Shown in pieces: positions 1 through 10,497 of a DNA stretch of 64,000 bases. This DNA is from Octopus vulgaris. Taxonomy: Eukaryota. A program made the position numbers and the translations under genes. Position 1 is the first letter of the stretch. Each line of letters begins with the position of its first letter. Where the stretch lies: the NCBI GenBank assembly GCA_951406725.2, contig OX597822.1, positions 100,812,001-100,876,000 of the forward strand, written 5' to 3'. The notes below the pieces were generated by a model. That model saw only the letters and a list, made by a program, of their open reading frames with translations. It searched no databases and was not told the origin of the DNA.

Positions 1-137
1 ATATAACCCTTAACCATTTATTGTTCCTCTTGCTAGCTTTCTTAGTACATCATGAACTAATTTCATCTGCTCCTCTTGTCTGCTTTCTTAGTCTATCGTG
101 AACTGATTTCATCAACTAATTTGGAAAATACATTTAA

Positions 138-356
138 CCTTTATGATACCAACGTGTCTGAGACCATTCCTCCTTCTACGATACAAACTTTCTGTTATAA
201 AGTGATTTAAATTAAAACCTTCCATCAAAACTGAATGTTAATTCATTTTCCTTACACTAGTTTAATACTGATAGTTATCTTACTGAATTCTTCATTATCT
301 TCAAAACTAATTGAAACCAAAGCAATGATTTCAATGGAAATGTGGTAATGAATGGG
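138..356 (+). mobile_element. Old piggyBac-like MITE (TTAA-flanked, ~220 bp)
   Basis: TTAA|CCTTTATGATACC...GGTAATGAATGGG|TTAA. Diverged relatives lie at ~7475-7925, 9230-9408, 9410-9655, 11563-11795, 15360-15520, 17500-17680, 27765-28172 and 30718-30886. Confidence 0.7.
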
Positions 357-1711
357 TTAACAGGAACAAAGTTAACAGGAAAATTTTATTAAAGCCTATA
401 TTATTTGTTAGAATTTCAAAATCTGGAAATAGTTACTTCTGCATGAAGATAAAAGTTTCTTTTCTTTAACATGAAACAATATGAAACTGATATGCATTAT
501 ACAAAAAAAAGTTATAATACTATTATAAATATTACCTGAGAAAGAATGATATAAAGTATCTGTGTTGAACATCAATGAACAATTGTGTTGGTTATTAGAA
601 AAATTAATATGTAGATTTTAGTTGAAAGCAAAAGCAGTGCTTGAAAAAGAAATTAAGTTTTTAGTGAGAGTATAGTGGGGAAAAGTATCTGGTTCAAAGC
701 TTTGGGAGTGAAGTCTTAGTGAAGAGGCCGCGCAATTGAACAAAAAAACTTTAGTTTTTATGAATGCATGCCCAGGAGTCATATCATTGAAAAAATAATT
801 GTAAATATAAAGCAATTGATCCTGGAATTTTTTTTTTTTTTATCAGACAGAGAGCATGTTTGGGATTACATACCGGCACTTCAGTTCTTTTATTAATTAT
901 CTGAAAGAATAAATATATTACATGCAAATATTTTTACAGTTGGTAACCAAGACGCAGATAACTAAAGAGAACTCTTTGCTGGTACAGAAGAAATTAATGT
1001 GACCAATATACAAATGTGAATGTAGGCCACTATTAGCAGTGCCCTTATAAATAACCCCTTTCAAAGATTTTACAGCAGTCTTTTATAATCAGACTTAAAA
1101 CAACACAAATTTTTATTTTTTATTTTATTTGTAGGCATGATTGTGGCTGTGTGGCCAAAAAGTTTACTTCCTAATCGCATAATTACAGGTTCAGTCCCAC
1201 TGTTTGGCACTTAGAGTAAGTGCCTTCTACTAGAATCATGAGACGACCAAATCCTTGTGAATGGAAACTGAAAGAAGCCCATTGTATATGTATATGTGTG
1301 TATTTCAATATTTTGCTAAAACATGTCTGATGATGAAAAAATAAGTGATGAGTGGAATCAAGTGAGGGTTGGCAGCAGGAAGAGCATCAGGCCATAGAAA
1401 AATCTGCCTTAACATCATCCAACCTATGCAAACATGGAAAAGTGGATATCAAAATAATGATAAGATTCTAAAATTCTGACCAAGTAGTTAATTGAGAATT
1501 TTAGTCAATTTCCCAATCAAATTTTGGTTTCATGCTCTCGATCTGACAATATTTCAAAATCTTAAAACCTTCCTAGTAGCAACTTAGGTAAAAAATGCTG
1601 GATTAAGCAATTTATTTAAGATTACTTAGACTAGTGCAGGCATGGGCAACCTTTAATGAGAATTGGGCTGCATGAGACAGAGCTCATTATAAAGTGGGCT
1701 GCATTACTGAA

Positions 1712-2160
1712 AATATTGATTTCAAATTTTGGCACATGGCCAGCAAGTTCGTGGGTGGGGGAGGTCAATTACATTGTACTAAGAGCTTAACTGGTACTTA
1801 TTTTATCAACCCCAAAAGGATGCAAAGCGAAGTTGATGTTGGTGAATTTGAACTCAGAAAGTAAAGATGGACAAAATGCCGCTAAGCATCTATCTGGCAT
1901 GCTTATGATTCTGCCAGCTCATTGCTTTTACATTCCTTAAAAATATTGGCTTCAAATTTTGGCACAGGGCCAACAGGTTTGAGGATGGGGCTAAGTCAAT
2001 TACAGTGACCCCAGTGCTCAACTGATACTTATTTTATTGACCCCAAAAGGATGAACGGCAAAGTCAACCTCGGCAGAATTTGAACTCAGAATGTAAAGCT
2101 GGATGAAATGCCACTAAGCATTTTGTCCAGTGTGCTAATGATTCTGCCAGCTTGCTACCT
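1712..2160 (-). mobile_element. Two tandem, decayed copies of an older SINE B subfamily inserted in a hAT-like MITE (~1638-2246)
   Basis: Two ~220-bp units, each AAATATTG..TTCAAATTTTGGCACA..CTG(G/A)TACTTATTTTAT..CCCCAAAAGGATG..GAATTTGAACTCAGAA..GATTCTGCCAGCT. The outer ends CAGGCATGGGCAAC and GTCACCCATGACAG are imperfect inverted repeats. Confidence 0.65.
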
Positions 2161-3063
2161 TTGCATTACTAAACAAATTTTGAAAATAATTTATTTTTAG
2201 GCATGCCATTCAGAAAGTCTTAAGGGCCGCTAGTCACCCATGACAGGACAAGTGTTTTGATACAAATTTATGTATTTCAAAAAGCAAATCAAAGGTAAAC
2301 GAATAAGCACAAATATAGATGTGTGGTTAAGGAGAGTGTTTTGCAACCATATGGTTTCAGGTTCAGGCCTACTGCATGGTACTTTAGCAAAGGGTCTTCT
2401 GCTATAGCGTTAGACTGAGCAAAAGTTTGTGAATGAATTTGGTAGATGGAAACTGAAAGAATCCTGTTGTATAAGTGCATGAGTGTGAATGCGTGTCTTT
2501 GTGTCTGTCTCACTGCCTTTGACACCATGCACTAATTGCAAACAAACATTGCCATTATAAACGATTGCAGTTCAGTGTAACAGATTTCCATGAAAACATG
2601 CTGTTTTCAAAGATTTGGGGGAAATATTATCTTGTTTGGAAACAGAGGAGACTTGGCAACAGGGGGAGCATACGGTCAACAAAAATCTGCATCAACCAGA
2701 TTTTGTCAAACTCATGCAAACATAGAAAAGTAGACATTTTAATGATAATGATATAGGAAAAAAAAGCACCGCTGGCTGGTCATGTGTGTAGTGTGTGATT
2801 GTGTAAGAGTATGTCAAAAGAAATAAGATACAAACGGATTAGTGCTCAGACCAGATGGGATACCTAAAATCCAGTGTTAAATCATGGAAAACATAATTCA
2901 GGTAAATAAGTGTTGGCCATAAAAAATGCATTAGCTGTGCTATACAGGTAAAAAATGAATGATGGACAGACGTTGTTTATGGCATCAAAGCATTTATAAA
3001 TAAGTTTTACAGATGTAAATACATATAAATAAGCAGAAAGCTAGTTGTTAGCACGTGGTAGTC

Positions 3064-3385
3064 CTTCATCTTCTTTCTTGTCTTGAGACAGCATTCACCC
3101 GGGGTGGGTTGAGCTGGTTTCATTCATCCTCAATGCTGCATCTCTCACAAACGCTGACAAGACCTGGCGATTTGAGGCTAACAGCCGTGTGATCTCCAAC
3201 CACTCCTTATTCCAGCGGTGAACACCGTAGATATGGGGGCCTAGGCTGGGTTCCAGATCAGCATTGACTGTCATCAGCCAGGTTTTTCGTTGTCCACCAC
3301 ATCGCTTTTGCCAACCCTGAAGGGAAGCTGGGGCAATTGCTTCGTAGATGAATTCTCCTGGTTGACGACGGTCGTCAACCAGTCC
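3064..3385 (-). mobile_element. 3' fragment of an RTE-type LINE (decayed ORF C-terminus plus short 3' UTR)
   Basis: The ORF tail GWQKRCGGQRKTWLMTVNADL...WLEITRLLASNRQVLSAFVRD matches the RTE-clade C-terminal pattern (GGQRKTW...DL...W...AxNRxxW). It is followed by a short CAAGA/GAAGA repeat tail. Confidence 0.75.
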
Positions 3386-3534
3386 TTTATAAATAGGTAG
3401 ATATCCAAACATTTCATACATGAAGATCATAGAGAAGAAAGAAGAAAATCCATAGACTATCATTCTGCTTAATTATATTTATATGTTTGCATGAATCATT
3501 TATAAATGCTTTGATGCCATAAATAATTGCTAGT

Positions 3535-3569
<35 letters not shown>

Positions 3570-3744
3570 CACACACACACAGGTACAACATTGCTTTCCT
3601 GGATTGGTCACACTTTGAGTTAAACAAATATTAATCTGACTTAAGCCAATAAATGAAATACAGGTACCTATATTTCATTTAGTATAAATGATTTTTGACA
3701 ATTGTCAAATCCCTTAACCCCTTGGGGGTCATTGGGGCACTGCG

Positions 3745-3946
3745 GCCATGCAGCATATCTTGGGCGAGAAAACCTGGCAGAGCCCACTCCCCTCAAGGCT
3801 AAGCTCATTTTTGCCAGCTGAATGGACTGGAGCAACATGAAATGAAGTGTTTTTCTCAAGAACACAACATAGCCTGGTCCAAGAATTGAAACCACAATTT
3901 TACGATCATGAGTCCAATACCCTAACCACTAAACCATGTGCCTCCA
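3745..3946 (-). mobile_element. SINE E (tRNA-derived head plus CORE-like body), decayed
   Basis: Minus strand reads GGAGGCACATGGTTTAGTGGTTAGGG..GGTTTCAATTC..GTGTTCTTGAGAAAAACACT..GCTCCAGTCCATTCAGCTG, homologous to the copy at 31144-31404. Confidence 0.7.
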
Positions 3947-4033
3947 GCATAAATGATACAAGTTTATTAATACTGTACTGTGCAAGGTACCAGTAGACAA
4001 GTCTGGCAATCACAGGGATTTGAAGTACCTGCT

Positions 4034-4419
4034 TGTTTGTTTATTTGTTTGTTTGTTGAGTGAAGCAGTCTTTGTCCCATGTATTGGGAGAAGTCCGAAA
4101 CGTGGTCCTTTGCTATTCGTGAGACCCGCTGAAGAGAAAGCAGGTCAACCCCCAACACCGAGAGCATCGACGGATGGATGGATGTGCATCCAGGCTCAGC
4201 GGTTGTGTCGGAAGTCAGGGACAAGAAACAGGAAGAAAGAGTGAGAGAAAGTTGGGGTGAAAGAGTGCAACAGGGGTCGCCACCACCCCCTGCTGGAGCC
4301 TCGTGGAGCTTTAGGTATTTTCGCTCTATAAACACACACAACGCCTGGTCTGGAAATCGAAACTGCAATCCTCCGACCGCGAGTCCGCTGCCCTAACCAC
4401 TGGGCCATTGCACCTCCAC
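4034..4419 (-). mobile_element. SINE C, tail type 1, full length with 13-bp TSD
   Basis: tRNA-like head with A box (TGGCCCAGTGG) and B box (GTTTCGATTTCC), an (AAAC)n tail, and TSD TGAAGTACCTGCT at 4021-4033 and 4420-4432. Confidence 0.9.
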
Positions 4420-4694
4420 TGAAGTACCTGCTCATAAGTTAGTGTGGATTATAAGAGGGTCTGAACCATTGGTGTCCAGAAAGTTGGTGTTGTACCTGTT
4501 GGGGTGTGTGTGTGTATATATACAAATATACAATAGCTATTGTATATCAAATACATAATTGCTTAATCATTGAAAGAATTATATTTACATATATTTGCAT
4601 GATTTATTTATAAAAGTTTTGATGCCATAAATAATTGGAGAATATTTAGGAATGATAGACCTTGGAAAAGAATTTAAAGAGTAGTAAGTATATC

Positions 4695-4772
<78 letters not shown>

Positions 4773-5446
4773 CAATGGTTAAGAAAATATTTTAAGCAAA
4801 ATGTTATTTATGCAGACTGCTATTTGTGCAGATTATTATCATTATTGTTGTTGTTGTTATTGATTAGACTTCAATAATTTTAATAAAGCAACAATTTAAA
4901 ATCCCACATGTTTCAATTCCTGATTCATACACATGCCTACATTCACATACAACACACCTATGCACCCAGGCAATTATATATCCAAGCATTAAATAACAAC
5001 ATTATTTCAAAGTTTGGCCCTTTTATAGACACAGGCATGGCTGTGTGGTTAAGAAGCTTGCTATGCAATGATGTGGTTTTGGGTTCAGTCCCACTGAGTG
5101 ACACTTTGGTCAAGTGCCTTCTATTATAGCCTGGGCTGACCAATTGCCTTGTGAGTGAATTTGGTAAATAAAAACTGTGTGGAAGTCCACTGTATATAGC
5201 TGGTGTTGGTTTGTTTATGTACCCTTAACTTAATGGTTCAGCAAAAGAGACTGACAGAATAAGTACCTAACTTTAAAAATAAAAAGTAAGAACTGGGCTT
5301 GATTTGTTCAACTAAAACCCTTCATAGTGGTGCCCCAGCATGGCCATGGTTCAATGACTGATAAAAGTAAAAGATAAACCCACCTGAGACCACCTCCGGT
5401 TCTATGATACATGCTTCCTATTTTAAGGTAAAATTTCATGTTCCTT

Positions 5447-5927
5447 TTTATTTTTCAGTCATTTGACTGCAGCCATGCTGGAGCACCACCTTTAGTCAAA
5501 CAAACTGACTCCAGGACTTATTCTTTGTAAGCCTGGTACTTATTCTATCGATCACTTTTGCCAAACAGCTAAGTTACGGGGACGTAAACACACCAACATC
5601 AGTTGTCAAGCGATGGTGGGGGCGACAGAGACAGACACACACACACACACATATATATATACGACGGGCTTCTTTCAGTTTCCGTCTACCAAAATCCAAT
5701 AAAGGTAAAGAAGACACACTTGAAAGACAACTAAATACAGGCAAACGTGTACACACACTGATGCACACACACACACATTTACACAGTCTGCCACACATTT
5801 CAACACACACTTACTTTGGTCAGCCCGAGGCTATAGTAGTAGACACTTGCCCAAGGTGCTAGGCAGTGGGACTGAACTTGGAACCATATGGTTGGTAAGC
5901 AAGCTACTTACCACACAGCCACTCCTT
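5447..5927 (-). mobile_element. SINE A copy carrying a ~110-bp foreign insert (5699-5812)
   Basis: Colinear with the other SINE A copies, except that CTCACAAGG in AAATCCACTCACAAGGCTTTGGT is replaced by an inverted copy of 7246-7352. Confidence 0.85.
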
Positions 5928-6063
5928 CTAAATATCAACTTAATAGGAATTGAAACATGTGGGATTTTGAATTGGTGCTTTATTCAAATTATTGAAGTCT
6001 AATCAATAACAACAACAACAACAATAATGATAATAATCTGCACAAATAACAGTCTGCATAAAT

Positions 6064-6581
6064 AAAATTATTTTACTAAATTTTTCATTATTTTCAAAAT
6101 TATTTTACTAAATTTTTCATTATTTTCAAAATTATTTTACTAAATTTTTCATTATTTTCAAAATTATTTTACTAAATTTTTCATTATTTTCAAAATTATT
6201 TTACTAAATTTTTCATTATTTTCAAAATTATTTTACTAAATTTTTCATTATTTTCAAAATTATTTTACTAAATTTTTCATTATTTTCAAAATTATTTTAC
6301 TAAATTTTTCATTATTTTCAAAATTATTTTACTAAATTTTTCATTATTTTCAAAATTATTTTACTAAATTTTTCATTATTTTCAAAATTATTTTACTAAA
6401 TTTTTCATTATTTTCAAAATTATTTTACTAAATTTTTCATTATTTTCAAAATTATTTTACTAAATTTTTCATTATTTTCAAAATTATTTTACTAAATTTT
6501 TCATTATTTTCAAAATTATTTTACTAAATTTTTCATTATTTTCAAAATTATTTTACTAAATTTTTCATTATTTTCAAAATT
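6064..6581. repeat. 32-bp minisatellite, ~16 essentially perfect copies (AAAATTATTTTACTAAATTTTTCATTATTTTC)
   Basis: The ACTAAA anchor recurs at 6075, 6107, 6139 ... 6555 (period 32). There are no spacers. Confidence 0.97.
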
Positions 6582-7605
6582 AATTAAAATAAATGCAATG
6601 TATTGCAACATCATTATGGTAACAAAAATAGTTTAAAATGTTAAGCTATAACTGTTGTGTTTTTGGTGAATCACTACAGAATAGATTTAGAATATAAATG
6701 ATAGCCAAGAAAAGGAAGATTCAAAAGTAATTAAATGAATATATAATAGTAATTAAATCATGTTAATAACTTCAGTTGAGAAAGATGAAACTGGAAGAAA
6801 AACTCAGGATTAGTAAAATGGATCTGAAAGTTAAAAGATACATCCAGGGAAAATTCAAAACTGCAAAGCTCAATAGTAAGTTGAAATACTAAGTTAATAC
6901 TGAAATAAATAAACTTTGATGTTTTAATATTAAATTTGGTTTTCTTGCAGGTAAATAATAAGTTAATCAAACCAAGTGGTGATTATGAAAAACAAACAAA
7001 ATAACAAAAAGTATGAAAATAAAAAAGGAAAAATAAAAAATGGCATTGCCCCACCGTGGCTGTAGGCAAATGGCCAAAACAACTATTAAAAGATAAGATA
7101 AGGAAAAAATGAAAAAAAAAAAAAATGAGGTTAATAAACACTAGCTTGTTAAACAAATATTTGAGTGTTAGATGTGTAATCAGGTTGAAAAAATACCTTT
7201 TGAAGTGTGTGTGTATGTGTGTGTGAGTGAGAGAGAGAGAGAAATAAATGTGTGGCAGAATGTGTAAATGTGTGTGTTTGTGTGCATCAGTGTATGCACA
7301 CGTTGTTTGTCTGTATTTAGTTTTCTTTCAGGTGTGTCTTCTTTACCTTTATAGGTAAGTATGCGCAGTAATAAACTGGGTATGCATTTAGCCAAGTTGT
7401 TAGACTGGAAAGTAACAATTACTGCTGAAATTTTGGGTTATTTAGATTAACTTTACAGTAATGGCAATCATATGAACCCATTTGTGACCAACCTGCCTGA
7501 GACTGCCCATTAGTTCTATGATACAAACTTCATGTTTTAAAATGATCTACATTAAAACCGTCCTTCAAAATTTTAAGCTGATTTATGTTCCAAACACCAT
7601 CTTAA

Positions 7606-7828
7606 CCCTTTCATTACCAACTTGGCTGAAACCGGCTCTGGTTCTGTAGTACAAATGTCTTGTTTACATAAGTTTTGAATTAAAATCTTCCACCAAACCT
7701 TAGTCACAATTTATGTTCCTAACACTAGCTGAATGATTACTAAGTTATTTTACTAAATTCTTTCTTATATTTAAAGTAATTGAAAGAAACATATTGAGCA
7801 TCTCAACAGAAATACAGTAATGAAAGGG
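7606..7828 (+). mobile_element. Young piggyBac-like MITE (223 bp) nested in an older relative
   Basis: TTAA TSD at 7602-7605 and 7829-7832, with perfect 12-bp TIRs CCCTTTCATTAC / GTAATGAAAGGG. Confidence 0.9.
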
Positions 7829-8108
7829 TTAATAATGACAAATTTATTTTAGTAAATTCTTCCTTATTTTCAAAATAATCTGAAACAAGGTATGTTTCAA
7901 AAGGAATTTGGTAGTAAAAGGGTGAAAAAGTTAAGCTTTGCGGAAACTTATTTATTGAAAATAAATGAAACAATGACAGTGTTTCAATAGAAATTTGGAA
8001 ACAAAACGGTTGAGCTGTTGTAGATACATCAGTGTGGCCTGGTAGACAAAATATTGTCTTTAAGGTTCCTAGTTTAAATCTAGCAGGTAACTATGTACAA
8101 GTCCAGGA

Positions 8109-8440
8109 ATCATCATCATCATTTAACGTCCGCTTTCCATGCTAGCATGGGTTGGACGGTTCAACTGGGGTCTGGGAAGCCCGAAGGCTGCACCAGGCCA
8201 GTCAGATCTGGCAGTGTTTCTATAGCTGGATGCCCTTCCTAACGCCAACCACTCCGTGAGTGTAGTGGGTGCTTTTTATGTGCCTCCGACACAGGTGCCA
8301 GACAAGGCTGGCGAACGGCCACACTCGGATGGTGTTTTTTATGTACCACCGACACAGGTGCCAAACGAGGCTGGCGAACGGCCACGCTCGGATGGTGTTT
8401 TTTATGTGCCACCGACACAGGTGCCAGACGAGGCTGGCCT
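8109..8440 (-). mobile_element. SINE D 3' part with (GAT)n tail and internal ~60-bp VNTR
   Basis: Sense strand reads GGCGTTAGGAAGGGCATCCAGCT..CCAACCCATGCTAGCATGGAAAGCGGACGTTAAA(TGA)n, with three ~61-bp units at 8275-8440. Other copies lie at ~23481-23830(+), 26100-26480(-), 34280-34716(+) and 36620-37027(+). Confidence 0.85.
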
Positions 8441-9684
8441 CCAGGAATATACCTTTGATAATAAATCAGCTCAGTGAGGACTAAAGGTTAAACAAAACCT
8501 ATTAGCAATCTTCCACTGCGTTGATTTAATCAACAAAACATGAAAGCAGAGTGTGTTGCAGTTTTCCGGTACTAATGAAGGTATCCCCTTACTAATCATC
8601 TAGTGTTAATTAATACTTTAACGAGGATTAAATAATAACCTATTTCAACACTTCTACACTTTGTTGATTTAATTATGAAGACATGAAAAAAGGGGTGAGT
8701 GTAGTAGGTTTGCTGATCAACTTGTATTCATACTATGATAAGAGTTAAACAATAACCTATGTCAACCTTTCATTGTGGGGGTTTAATTATAAAAGGAGTA
8801 AGAAGGGAGTGGGTAGATTTTGGGACCTTATGAGGGTATTCTCTTGATAACTAACTTGTCTTAATACTTTAATGAGGTATTTCAGTAACTTTATGATCAC
8901 AATTTATTTATATTTTAAGGTACATTTTAAATATTTCAATAGTGAAAGCTGCTTATTGTGATTACTTGGAGAGGGAACCATTAATGCTTTTGTTACCCTA
9001 TTTCTGTTGAAATATGCTGCCTTTAACCCTTTTCAAAGGGTTATGAGAAAAATTTCAGCAATCCTTTGGTATAGGCACTGTAAGTACTGGAAGGGCTTTG
9101 TTTACATTTCTGAAGATAACAGAAACCCTTTTCTCCCACCCCTAACCCTCCATATATATATATATATAAAAAAACACTTTCTTGAAATGTATCTGGTACT
9201 TCTGGTACCTATACCGAAGTTACGCCCAACTTTCTGATTTTAAAGTGATCCAAATTAAAACCTGCCATTGAAATTTCATTTTAATTTATATTCCAAATGC
9301 CTGATTATTAACGACAATGCAGAAATTTTACTACATTATCCAATATTTTCAAAACTAAATGAAACAAAAGCAGTGGATTTGAGCAAAAATTTGGTAACAA
9401 AAGGGTTAAGTCAATTAATTTTGTAAATAATGAAAAATTTAGAATATAGCTTTGTCAATATAAAACTCGTGATCGGGGCATAAATTAACATGAAATTGTG
9501 ATGGAACATTTTAATTTGGATCACCTTAACAGTTAGTTTGGATCACAGACTCAGGGATGTCTCAAACAGTTTGTATAATGGACCAAGGGTGATCTCTAGG
9601 AGCTCATATTGTAGAACCATATGTGATTCCAGGCAGGTTGGATTGAAAAGAGTTAACTGGTTGATAACATTAAGCAGAGAATAT

Positions 9685-10079
9685 ATATTTCTTTATTGCC
9701 CACAGGGGGGTAAACATAGAGGGGGCAAACAAGGACAGACAAAGGGATTAAGTCGATTAGATCGACCCCCAGTGCGAAACTGGTACTTTATTTATCGACC
9801 CCAAAAGGATGAAAGGCAAAGTCGACCTCGGCATACATACACATACTTATTTCTTTATTGCCCACAAGGGGCTAAACATAGAAGGGACAAACAAGAACAG
9901 ACAAAGGGATTAAGTTGATTACATCGACCCCCAGTGCGAAACTGGTACTTTATTTATCGACCCCGAAAGGATGAAAGGCAAAGTCAACCTCGGCGGAATT
10001 TGAACTCAGAACGTAACGACAGACGAAATACCGCTAAACATTTTGCCCGATACGCTAACGTGTCTGCCAGCTCGCCACC
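9685..10079 (-). mobile_element. SINE B, one near-full copy plus a 5'-truncated copy
   Basis: Shares the family body GAGTTCAAATTCCGCCGAGGT(C/T)GACTTTGCCTTTCATCCTTTCGGGGTCGATAAA..AAGTACCAG and the tail ..CCCCTTGTGGGCAATAAAGAAATA. Confidence 0.88.
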
Positions 10080-10103
10080 TATAAGTAGAGAAAATAACAA
10101 CAG

Positions 10104-10497
10104 GGCGCAGGAGTGGCTGTGTGGTAAGTAGCTTGCTAACCAACCACATGGTTCCGGGTTCAGTCCCACTGCGTGGCATCTTGGGCAAGTGTCTTCTGCT
10201 ATAGCCCCAGGCCGACCAATGCCTTGTGACTGGATTTGGTAGATGGAAACTGAAAGAAGCCTGTCGTATATATGTGTATATATATGTATATATATGTATG
10301 TGTTTGTCCCCCTAGCATTGCTTGACAACCGATGCTGGTGTGTTTACTTCACCGTCACTTAGCGGTTCGGCAAAAGAGACCGATAAAATAAGTACTGGGC
10401 TTACAGAGAATAAGCCCCAGGGTCGAGTTGCTCGACTAAAGGCGGTGCTCCAGCATGGCCGCAGTCAAATGACTGAAACAAGTAAAAGAGTAAAGAG
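10104..10497 (+). mobile_element. SINE A, full length (most abundant family; tRNA head, CORE-like segment, internal (TA)(TG) microsatellite, LINE-like tail)
   Basis: GGCGCAGGAGTGGCTGTGTGGTAAG (A box)..GGTTCAGTCCC (B box)..CTTGGGCAAGTGTCTT (CORE-like)..GGCGGTGCTCCAGCATGGCCGCAGTCAAATGACTGAAACAAG followed by a TAAAAGAG-type tail. Further copies lie at ~1133, 2320, 5030, 18609-19018, 19561-19945, 22594-22995, 28720-29003, 29481-29865, 33107-33507, 35230-35628, 44151-44575, 52617-54226, 58320-59155 and 62273-62660. Confidence 0.92.

Noticed and set aside
6064-6581. CRISPR-like array
   Set aside because: The units are contiguous with no unique spacers, there are no cas genes, and the context is eukaryotic. 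It is a minisatellite.
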